Source: Gemmatimonadota bacterium (lineage in GTDB: Bacteria; Gemmatimonadota; Gemmatimonadetes; Longimicrobiales; Gaopeijiaceae). Taken from it: a DNA stretch of 64,000 nucleotides. Of the stretch, positions 28,882 to 37,072 are shown piece by piece. The stretch is taken from assembly GCA_039589315.1 (NCBI GenBank), contig JBDHHQ010000009.1, positions 30,972 to 94,971 of the forward strand, in the 5' to 3' direction. The position numbers and the translations under genes were made by a program. Under the pieces are notes generated by a model. That model searched no databases. It had not been told where the DNA came from and saw only the letters and a list, made by a program, of their open reading frames with translations. Within the stretch, counting starts at the first letter, position 1, and the number at the start of each line of letters is the position of its first letter.

Positions 28882-30072
28882 TCACTCGTGCGCGGGAGGG
28901 TCCTCGAGAAGGGCCTGTGCCGAGGCGGCCAGTGTAGCGGCTCCGACGTAGAGGGCCCGTTCGTCGATGTCGAATCGCGGATGATGGTGCTGGCGGAGGT
29001 CCGGTAATCCCGCGCCGAGCCAGAAGAACGCGCCGGGCGCCTCCCGAGACAGGATGCCGAAGTCCTCCGCTTCCATGATGCGTGAGCCGGGGAGCACGGC
29101 GTCCGGCCCGAGGATCCCGCTAGCCGCGGCTCCAACCCGGGCAGCGACGTGGGCGTGGTTGACCACGGGCGGGAACCCCGGCCGGAAGGTGACCCGCGCG
29201 GAGCCTCCGAGAGCTTCGGCGGTGGCGAAGGCGGCGCGCACGGCGGCTCGGAGCTCCTCTCGCACCTCCTCCACGAAGTAGCGGAGGGTGCCCGTCAGCC
29301 GCACGTGATCGGCGATGATGTTGGCGGCCGTTCCGCCCCGGACGGTCCCGAAGGTGATCACCCCGGCGTCGCCCGGCGCGATCCGGCGGGACACCGCCTG
29401 TTGGGCGGCCAGCACCCCTTGGCTGGCCAGCAGGACCGCGTCCACGCCCTCGTGCGGTCGGGCTCCATGGGCGCTCCTGCCGTGTACGTCCACGACGATC
29501 TCCTCGCCCCCCGCCATGATGGTCCCGTCCGCCAGAAACACCTTGCCCACCGGCAGGTGGGCCCCGACGTGGAGGCCCACGATGGCGTCGACGTCGTCCA
29601 TGGCGCCATCCTCGATCATGCGCGTGGCGCCACTCTTGCCCTCCGAGTCCACGGTCTCTTCGGAGGGCTGAAACAGGAACCGGACGGCGCCCGGGGCCAG
29701 ATGCCCGCCACGGGCGGCGCCCACCAGCAGGGTCGCCGCACCCAGGAGTCCCGCCGTGTGGGCGTCGTGCCCGCACGCATGCATCACGCCCGCTTCGGTG
29801 GATCCGAAGTCGTGATCCGGGTCTTCCTGGATCGGCAAGGCGTCCATGTCCGCCCGCAGCGCCACCGTGGGCCCCGAACCGTTGCGGAGTTCTCCCACCA
29901 CTCCGGTGCGACCCACGCCCGTCCGTACCACCAGGTGCAGTGCGGCGAGCCGGTCCGCGACGACGCTGGCGGTGCGGTGCTCCTGGAAGGACAGCTCGGG
30001 GTGGCGATGGAAGTCGCGCCGTAGGGCGATCAGCTCGGGCTGAAGGGCGCGCGCCTGCTCCAGTAGGTCCAT
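28882..30072 (-). CDS. M20D family amidohydrolase
   Basis: RRDFHRHPELSFQE, ALRADMDALP, MHACGHDAH, FQPSEE, AEDF, HHPRFDIDE. Confidence 0.93.
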   Translation of the reverse strand: MDLLEQARALQPELIALRRDFHRHPELSFQEHRTASVVADRLAALHLVVRTGVGRTGVVGELRNGSGPTVALRADMDALPIQEDPDHDFGSTEAGVMHACGHDAHTAGLLGAATLLVGAARGGHLAPGAVRFLFQPSEETVDSEGKSGATRMIEDGAMDDVDAIVGLHVGAHLPVGKVFLADGTIMAGGEEIVVDVHGRSAHGARPHEGVDAVLLASQGVLAAQQAVSRRIAPGDAGVITFGTVRGGTAANIIADHVRLTGTLRYFVEEVREELRAAVRAAFATAEALGGSARVTFRPGFPPVVNHAHVAARVGAAASGILGPDAVLPGSRIMEAEDFGILSREAPGAFFWLGAGLPDLRQHHHPRFDIDERALYVGAATLAASAQALLEDPPAHE

Positions 30073-30283
30073 GGACGAAACCGTCGGAAGGAGGGTCCTG
30101 GTGTGGGCCGCGACTGCACCGGGTCACGGTGACGTCTGCCCGTCGTACCCATGGCGTTGCCGCCCGGATCGCGCCCGGGCTAGCTTTCCGTGGAGCGAAC
30201 GATCACCCGCAGTATACGCGGCCCGGCGTCGGCCTCACAACGCCGACCCGGAAGCCCTTCCGCCGGCGAGGTCGGCGAGCCCT

Positions 30284-31183
30284 ATGTCCGATCCGCGCCT
30301 CACGGAGCAGCGTAACCCCCGCACCCAGCGCATCGACACCCTGTCTCCCCTCGAGATCGTGGACCTGATCAACGCGGAGGACCAGACGGTGGCCGCCGCC
30401 GTGGCCGAGGAGCGCGAAGTCCTGGCCCGTGCGCTCGAGCTCGTGGTGGAGGCCTTCCGTGGCGGTGGACGGCTCATTTACGTGGGCGCCGGCACGTCGG
30501 GTCGGCTGGGCGTTTTGGACGCGGCCGAGATGCCGCCGACCTACGGCACCGACCCCGAGATGGTGCAGGGTGTGATCGCCGGCGGATACGGCGCGCTGGT
30601 GCGCTCGATGGAGGGCGCAGAGGACCACCCGGCAGACGGTGCGGCCGCCATGGACGAGCGGAACGTGGGCCCGGACGATTTCGTCCTGGGGATCGCAACC
30701 TCGGGTACGACGCCCTTCGTGCACGGAGCGTTGGCGCGCGCGCGGGAGCGGCACGCCCGCACCGGCTTCCTCCTCTGCACCCAGCCCACCCGCGAGCTCA
30801 CGGAGACCCACGACGTGGTGATCGCCCCGCTCGTGGGTCCCGAGGTGATCACGGGATCCACGCGCATGAAAGCGGGCACGGCGACCAAGCTCGTCCTCAA
30901 CACGCTCACGACCGGTGCCATGGTTCGCCTGGGGAAGGTCTACGGGAACCTCATGGTGGACGTTCAGGTGACGTGCGAGAAGCTGCGGGACCGCGGCGAG
31001 CGCATCCTCGTCGAGACGTTGGGGGTCGAGCGGACGGAGGCGGGCCGGCTCCTCGACGACTCGGAGGGCCACGTCAAGAGCGCCCTCGTAATGGGAAGGA
31101 ACGGGGTGTCGCTCGAGGAGGCCCGCCGACTGCTCCACGAGGCCGACGGGCACCTGGCCCTCGTGGTGGGGGATCCCGTGTGA
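30284..31183 (+). CDS. murQ: N-acetylmuramic acid 6-phosphate etherase
   Basis: TEQRNP, GAGTSGRLGVLDAAE, EGAED, GPEVITGSTRMKAGTATK, GKVYGNLMVD. Confidence 0.95.
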   Translation: MSDPRLTEQRNPRTQRIDTLSPLEIVDLINAEDQTVAAAVAEEREVLARALELVVEAFRGGGRLIYVGAGTSGRLGVLDAAEMPPTYGTDPEMVQGVIAGGYGALVRSMEGAEDHPADGAAAMDERNVGPDDFVLGIATSGTTPFVHGALARARERHARTGFLLCTQPTRELTETHDVVIAPLVGPEVITGSTRMKAGTATKLVLNTLTTGAMVRLGKVYGNLMVDVQVTCEKLRDRGERILVETLGVERTEAGRLLDDSEGHVKSALVMGRNGVSLEEARRLLHEADGHLALVVGDPV

Positions 31184-32901
31184 GGCCCAGGGCCGGACCG
31201 GGGCGCCGCATCGCCGTGCTGGGCGCCCTCGTCGTATCGCTCCAGCTGGCCTTCGCAGCGGCGGCCTTCAATCCGGCGCCCCACACCGGCGGGGACAACG
31301 CAGGCTACGTCACGCTGGCGTATTCCCTCCTGGAGCGGGGCGCCTACCTGGAGGTCCACGACCCCGCAGAGCCTCGGGCCTCCAAGTATCCCCCCGCCTA
31401 CCCCGCGGTCCTGGCCGCCGCCATGGCCGTGGGAGCCCGGACCTGGATGTCCTTGAAGCTTCTGTCTCTGGCGTTCATCTGCCTGGCCCTGTTGGTCGCG
31501 TTCCTCTGGATCGAGGGAAGGCGCGGGGCCGGGTTCGCGTTCATGGTGGCCCTGATCCTCTCCCTCTCGGACGCCTTCCTCTGGCACACCCAGTGGATTC
31601 TCTCGGACCCTCTCTTCCTGGCGCTGACCCTGTGCTGCATCTGGGCCTGCGACCGGGCCGAGCGGGAGGAACGATCCGGTCCGTGGTTGGCCTTGGGCAT
31701 GGCCGCGGCGATCCTCGCCTTCTTCACGCGCTCGGCCGGACTCCCTCTGATCCTGGCTATGGCAGGGTGGCTGGCATTCCACCGGCGGTGGCGGACGCTG
31801 GCGATCCTCGCCGTCGCGTTCGGGGGCCCGGCCACGCTCTGGTGGCTCCGGACGCGGGGCATCGTCGGGGCGGGCTACGTCGCGGAGTTCTGGATGGTAG
31901 ACCCCTACCAGCCGGACCTGGGAACGGTGGGCCCCTGGGAGCTCCTGGGCCGGGTGCGGGCGAACGTCGGCGCCTACGTGGGACGTTGGATCCCGGGCGG
32001 GTTGGTGGGGCTGCGGGGGCGGCTGGTGACGGTGGTCGGGGTAGGATTGACGGCCTTCGCGGCCGTCGGGTGGGCGAAGCGAGTGCGCCGCCATCCCGGC
32101 GTGGCCGAGATCTTCACGCCCCTGTACCTGGGCCTCATCCTCCTCTGGCCCGTTATCTGGGCCGGAGACCGTTTCGCGCTTCCTCTCTATCCCATCGTCC
32201 TGTTCTACGCGGGTGAGACGCTTCTCTCGAGTCTGCAGCAGGTCCGCCCCCTCGCACAGAGGGCGGTCGTGGCAGCCAGCGTCCTGGCCCTGCTCGTTCC
32301 GGCCACCGTCACCTGGGTGTGGGCCGCGTCCGACGCCGCCCTGTGTCGTGGCCTCATCAGGGAAGCGGGGCCTTTCGCATGCTACGACGCTGCCGTTCAG
32401 GAGTACGTGAAGGCCGCGGAGTGGGCCGGGGAGCACCTGGAACCAGGCTCGGTCGTGTACACTCGCAAGCCGCGTCTCTTCTACGTGTTGAGCGGCGTGA
32501 AGGCTCGGGTCTACCCGCTCACCCAGGATCCGGCCGAGTTCCTGGACGCGGCGCTGGCCGGGGGGACCAGCCACGTCGTGATGGACTATCTGGACCGCCT
32601 CGGCTCGTACTACCTGGCGCCGGTGATACAGGGCCGCACCGGCGCCTTCTGCTCTCTCGTGGGCTTCGGGGATCCCAGCGTCTCCCGGACGGAGATCTTC
32701 GGCGTGCTGGCACCGTCCGCATGGGAGGCCGAGGGGGGACCGGGAGGGGTGGAGGGCACCTTCGTGGTGAGCCTCCGGCTGTGCCGAGGAGCGCCACCCG
32801 ACGGGACCGGCTCGTCCGAGCCGCCCTACTCGACCGCGACCATTCCCCTCCTCGAATCGCTCGACGAACAGGTAGGCTTCGACGCCCCGGGAGCGGGGTG
32901 A
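31180..32901 (+). CDS. GT-C fold (GT39/PMT-like) integral membrane glycosyltransferase
   Basis: First loop GGDNAGYVTLAYSL...KYPPAYP, ILSDPLF, TRSAG, RFALP; about 11 TM segments; GTGA overlap with murQ. Confidence 0.7.
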   Translation: MRPRAGPGRRIAVLGALVVSLQLAFAAAAFNPAPHTGGDNAGYVTLAYSLLERGAYLEVHDPAEPRASKYPPAYPAVLAAAMAVGARTWMSLKLLSLAFICLALLVAFLWIEGRRGAGFAFMVALILSLSDAFLWHTQWILSDPLFLALTLCCIWACDRAEREERSGPWLALGMAAAILAFFTRSAGLPLILAMAGWLAFHRRWRTLAILAVAFGGPATLWWLRTRGIVGAGYVAEFWMVDPYQPDLGTVGPWELLGRVRANVGAYVGRWIPGGLVGLRGRLVTVVGVGLTAFAAVGWAKRVRRHPGVAEIFTPLYLGLILLWPVIWAGDRFALPLYPIVLFYAGETLLSSLQQVRPLAQRAVVAASVLALLVPATVTWVWAASDAALCRGLIREAGPFACYDAAVQEYVKAAEWAGEHLEPGSVVYTRKPRLFYVLSGVKARVYPLTQDPAEFLDAALAGGTSHVVMDYLDRLGSYYLAPVIQGRTGAFCSLVGFGDPSVSRTEIFGVLAPSAWEAEGGPGGVEGTFVVSLRLCRGAPPDGTGSSEPPYSTATIPLLESLDEQVGFDAPGAG

Positions 32902-32977
32902 CCGCCACCAGGGAGAGGAGGATATCGGCGAGGCGGGACCGACCGGTGCGTCGCCGGACCGCGGCGGCGGTCGGGGG

Positions 32978-33658
32978 TCAGAGGCCTCGCCCCGACGGGC
33001 CTCGCCCGTACAGACTGGCCAGGATGACGCCGAAGAGCAGGTGGCCCGCCAGGGTGGGATCGTTGTCCCGGGCGTCCAGAAGCGACGCCAGGAAGGGTAC
33101 CCGACGGTGGGGTGGCAGCGTGTCCAGCAGGCCCTCCAGCCCACCCCACGGCGACGCGCCGAACTCGAGCCCGCCGTAGACGGCACCGCGGAGGATCGAA
33201 GGACCGGGGAGGCGTGGCTCGACCACGCTGGCGTAGATGAGTCCCCGCGCCGCACCGGCGAGGACCGGAGCCAGGGGATCGGCATCGGCCTCCGACGCGC
33301 CGTCCAGGTCAAGAAGCCGTTGGATAACCATGCGGGCGACGGCGGCGCCGGCCCCGGCGGCGCCGGCACGGGCGAGACGCAGCGGACCCGGCGTGCCCCG
33401 CGGTGGCCATGCGCGGAGCGCAGCGGTCACCAGCGCTCCGCCCCCCGCCACGACGGCCGCGGCCAGCGCCTTCTCCACCAACGGCGAGACCTCGCCCCGA
33501 GCGGCCGCTGCGGGGGCGGCGGCCTGCTTCTCGGCCGGGGCGTCCGCCGATTCGGCCGGGGCCACCTCGACGGCCCTACCTCCGGACCCTCGTGCCCGTG
33601 CCCGCTCCAGCGCGTAGCCTACCCGGAACCAGACGTTTCGCTCGCTTGCCATAACCAT
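32978..33658 (-). CDS. Hypothetical membrane-associated protein
   Basis: WFRVGYALE N-terminus, GLIYASVVEPRLPGP, HLLFGVILASLY; coding-like codon usage. Confidence 0.65.
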   Translation of the reverse strand: MVMASERNVWFRVGYALERARARGSGGRAVEVAPAESADAPAEKQAAAPAAAARGEVSPLVEKALAAAVVAGGGALVTAALRAWPPRGTPGPLRLARAGAAGAGAAVARMVIQRLLDLDGASEADADPLAPVLAGAARGLIYASVVEPRLPGPSILRGAVYGGLEFGASPWGGLEGLLDTLPPHRRVPFLASLLDARDNDPTLAGHLLFGVILASLYGRGPSGRGL

Positions 33659-33702
33659 GTAGCTTTATCCGATCCAGAGCGTTTGACAAGACGAGGCAGT
33701 CC

Positions 33703-36700
33703 CTGATTCGAGTCGCTGGCATATTCCGAGGTGCGGCACTTCTCGCCGTGCTGTCCGGCGCGTGCGCCCGCCCCACGCTCGCCCAGGCACCTGACGAGGC
33801 CTGGCGCGTCCTGGACACCGAGCACTTCGACGTCACCTATCCCGCCGAGCTCCGCGCCCTGGCCACACGGGTGGCCGACCGGGCCGAGCGGGCGTACGTG
33901 TCCCTCGCAGAAGCGTTCGACCAGCCCCCGAAGGCCTCCATCGACATCGTGGTCACGGACCACACCGACGTGTCCAACGGGTTCGCCCGGGTGTCTCCCT
34001 GGAACCGCATCACGATCTTCGCTCCCCCGCCCATGGAGGGGTTCGAGCTGGCCTACTTCGACGACTGGGTGGAGCTCGTCGTCACCCACGAGTTGGCCCA
34101 CATATTCCACCTTGACCGGAGGGGGTGGCTCGGCCGCGTGACGAAGGCGGTGTTCGGCCGAGCGCCGATCCGATGGCCCATCTTTCCCAACAGCGCCACG
34201 CCCACCTGGGTGGTGGAGGGGTTGGCCACCTACTACGAGTCCGACCTCACCGACGCGGGCCGGACCCACGGCTCGTACCACGACATGGTGCTGCGCGCCG
34301 CGATCCTGGAGGACCAGTTCGAGTCTCTGGATCAGGTGGCCGGAGAGACCCAGGTGTGGCCCGCCGGGAATCGTCCCTACATCTACGGCTCCCGCTTCTT
34401 CCAGCACCTCACGGAGGAGCACGGCCGGGACCGGATGGCCGAGTTCGCCGGCGCGGTGGACGGCCAGATCATCCCCTTCCGAATCAACGCAGCCGCACGC
34501 AAATCGTTCGGGGTGACCTTCAAGGAGGCTTTCGGCATATGGCGCGGCGATCTGGCCGAAGAGTACAGCCGGCTCGTGGAGGGCCTCGAGAAGGCGGCCC
34601 CTCTCACGGAGCCGGTGTCGCTGGCCTCCGATGGGCGACGGGCGGTGTACCCCCGGGTCGCTCCGGACGGGAGCACGCTGGCGTACGCACGCTCCGACGG
34701 TTCGAGCGACACCCAGATCCGTCTCGTCGACCTGGGCGGGGGGTCGTCGGGTAAGCTGACCCGCACCAACGGCATGTCGCTGCTGGACTGGACGCCGGAC
34801 GGGCGCGTGGTGTTCTCCCAGTCCGAGTTCGTGGATCCCTACCGTCGCTTCCGGGACCTTTACCTGGCCGTGCCGTCCGGGCGGGTCAGCCGGATCACAA
34901 GGGGCGCGCGGCTGGACTATCCGTCCGTGGGGCCCGACGGCCGGACCGCCGTCGCGATCCAGCAGGGCGGTGGGGACATGTGGATCGTGACCGTCGACCT
35001 GGACACGGGACAGGTGGAGCGCGTGACCGAGCCCGAGGCCGGCGTCCACTGGGCGTACCCGGCGTGGTCTCCCGACGGGCGCTGGATCGCCGCGTCCCGC
35101 TGGACACCCGGGTCCTTCTACGACGTGGTCGTTCTGGACGCGTCGGGAGCGGTCGTTGCGCAGGTCACCGCGGACCGGGCCGTCGACCTGGCTCCCACGT
35201 GGAGCCCCGACGGGAAGTGGCTCCTGTGGGCATCGGACCGGACGGGCGTCCCCAACGTCTTCGCCGCCGAGGTGGGCGCCGGGGGACAGATCGGCGCGCT
35301 CCGGCAGGTTACCCACCTGACCACTGGCGCCTCGTATCCGGAAGTCGGTCCCGGCACCGACTGGCTCTACTTCTCGGGATACCACGCCGACGGTTGGCAC
35401 CTGGAGCGGGTGCCCTTCGACCCTGCGACCTGGTTCGATCCGCTCCCGACCGATGGGCGCTTCCTGCAGGGCGGCGAAGCCGCGGCGGGTGCGTTCCCCG
35501 ACTCGGTCGGCGGCCCCGAGCGTAGGTACAGCGCGTTCCCGTCGGTCCTGCCTCGCTATTGGGAGCCGACCCTCCGGGAGGGGGAGACCCGTTTCGGCCA
35601 GGAGGTCATCGGGGCCAGCATCGGCCTCCGGACGACCGGCTTCGACCTGGCCGGGCGGCACGCCCTCAGCCTGACAGCCCGATTCGAGCCGAAGGGCAGC
35701 CGGGTGAACGGCGGGATCGCGTATTCCTTCGCCGGTCTCGGCAATCCGGTCCTGGGCCTCTCGGCCGAGCAGGTGTACGCGTCGTCCGGGAGCGTCGTGC
35801 AGGATCCGGTGGAAGAGGGGCCCGAGCCCGAGCCCAGGGCCGTCTTCATCCTCGAACGGGAGCGTCGGCTCCGGGCCACGGCGTCGCTGGTGCGGCGGCG
35901 AGTGCGGAACGTCCTCACCTTCACACTGGGCGCTGCCTACCTCTGGCAGCATCGCGACCTGCTCAACGACGCCCTCGAGCCGGACTCGGTCTTCGTCCCC
36001 TCCCGCCCGACGAGCGGGCTTCCCGAGCTCACTGCGACGTTGGCCTACAGCAACGCCCGGGTGCATCCCTTCTCCATCAGCCGGGAGGACGGGGTGAGCG
36101 GCTTTCTGCGCGTGCGACGACGATGGGACGCGACGGCGCCCGATTCGCTGGCGGGGGAGCTCGGGCTCGACGCGAGCCTCGTGGAGCTGACCGGCGAGGC
36201 GCGCCTGTACAAAGCGGTGAGGCTCCCGGGCTTCTCCAACCACGTGCTGTCGCTCCGCGTGAGCGGTGGCGCGGCGGGGGACAGCGGAGCGGACCAGTTC
36301 CACTTCAGTGTCGGCGGGGCCTCGGGCCAGTCCGAGCGGATCACCGGGCTCGAGCTGCTGAGCGGCTCCAACCTCCTCTTCCCGGTGCGGGGATACGACC
36401 GGGGCATTCGCTCGGGCCGATATGCATGGACCGCGTCGGCCGAGTACCGCTTCCCGCTGGCCCGCATCAACCGAGGCCTGGGCGATTTCCCGCTCTACTT
36501 CGACTGGATCAGCGGTGCCGCCTTCTTCGACGCCGGCAATGCCTGGGGTCCCGAGCTGGGAGAGGGCGGGTTCCAGAATCCCCGACAGGACGACGTGATG
36601 TCCCTGGGCGCCGAAGTGCTGCTGAGCGGGCTACCGCTCTGGACGCTGCCCACCGTCCTTCGGACCGGTGTCGCCCTCCCCTTGGTCGAAGGGGACGGAG

Positions 36701-36735
36701 CCCGGGTGTACGTACGCCTCGGCGTGTCCTTCTAG
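33703..36735 (+). CDS. Omp85/BamA-family outer-membrane protein with N-terminal HExxH metallopeptidase-like domain and PD40 propeller
   Basis: VTHELAH...WVVEGLATYYE; PD40 repeats (PRVAPDG, PAWSPDG, PTWSPDG); barrel with FPVRGY, ASAEYRFP, FFDAGNAW and terminal YVRLGVSF. ORF track starts at 33748; an in-frame CTG at 33703 after GAGG gives a complete signal peptide. Confidence 0.82.
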   Translation: MIRVAGIFRGAALLAVLSGACARPTLAQAPDEAWRVLDTEHFDVTYPAELRALATRVADRAERAYVSLAEAFDQPPKASIDIVVTDHTDVSNGFARVSPWNRITIFAPPPMEGFELAYFDDWVELVVTHELAHIFHLDRRGWLGRVTKAVFGRAPIRWPIFPNSATPTWVVEGLATYYESDLTDAGRTHGSYHDMVLRAAILEDQFESLDQVAGETQVWPAGNRPYIYGSRFFQHLTEEHGRDRMAEFAGAVDGQIIPFRINAAARKSFGVTFKEAFGIWRGDLAEEYSRLVEGLEKAAPLTEPVSLASDGRRAVYPRVAPDGSTLAYARSDGSSDTQIRLVDLGGGSSGKLTRTNGMSLLDWTPDGRVVFSQSEFVDPYRRFRDLYLAVPSGRVSRITRGARLDYPSVGPDGRTAVAIQQGGGDMWIVTVDLDTGQVERVTEPEAGVHWAYPAWSPDGRWIAASRWTPGSFYDVVVLDASGAVVAQVTADRAVDLAPTWSPDGKWLLWASDRTGVPNVFAAEVGAGGQIGALRQVTHLTTGASYPEVGPGTDWLYFSGYHADGWHLERVPFDPATWFDPLPTDGRFLQGGEAAAGAFPDSVGGPERRYSAFPSVLPRYWEPTLREGETRFGQEVIGASIGLRTTGFDLAGRHALSLTARFEPKGSRVNGGIAYSFAGLGNPVLGLSAEQVYASSGSVVQDPVEEGPEPEPRAVFILERERRLRATASLVRRRVRNVLTFTLGAAYLWQHRDLLNDALEPDSVFVPSRPTSGLPELTATLAYSNARVHPFSISREDGVSGFLRVRRRWDATAPDSLAGELGLDASLVELTGEARLYKAVRLPGFSNHVLSLRVSGGAAGDSGADQFHFSVGGASGQSERITGLELLSGSNLLFPVRGYDRGIRSGRYAWTASAEYRFPLARINRGLGDFPLYFDWISGAAFFDAGNAWGPELGEGGFQNPRQDDVMSLGAEVLLSGLPLWTLPTVLRTGVALPLVEGDGARVYVRLGVSF

Positions 36736-36902
36736 CGTGGAGCCTCGCCTCCAGGCGCGGCACCGCAGTGGATCCAGCGCCTCGCTCAGCTGCCCTCGCC
36801 CGGCGGTGCTCGGCCTCCGTACGCGCTGCTCGTCACCGGTTCCTTTCGCCAGCGCGTCACCTGCCGTCGCGTAGGCCGAAATCGGACCCATTTTCTTCTT
36901 GC

Positions 36903-36950
36903 ATACAACATCTTGTGGTGTTAGCTTAAGGGTCCCTCAAGATGTTGTGG
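36903..36950 (+). promoter_or_regulatory. Tandem NrdR boxes
   Basis: ATACAACATCTTGTGG (36903-36918) and CCTCAAGATGTTGTGG (36935-36950) fit the acaCwAtATaTwGtg consensus, 32 bp apart, upstream of a ribonucleotide reductase. Confidence 0.85.
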
Positions 36951-36961
36951 GCCTGGGGCAG

Positions 36962-37047
36962 TTTTCCACAAGCAAATGCATAAGGCCGGGGCGGCTTTCC
37001 CCCGGTTTTCAACGGATGTCGTGCTAGTTTTCAACGCCTTTTCCACA
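36962..37047 (+). promoter_or_regulatory. DnaA-box cluster
   Basis: TTTTCCACA (fits TTWTNCACA) at 36962 and 37039; TTTTCAACG variants at 37006 and 37028. Confidence 0.65.
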
Positions 37048-37072
37048 CGCCTCCGCCAGGGAGAGAATCGCC

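Noticed and set aside
36736..37072. oriC or cobalamin riboswitch upstream of nrdJ
   Set aside because: No dnaA/dnaN context or clear unwinding-element repeats, and no B12-box. NrdR and DnaA regulatory sites explain the region.
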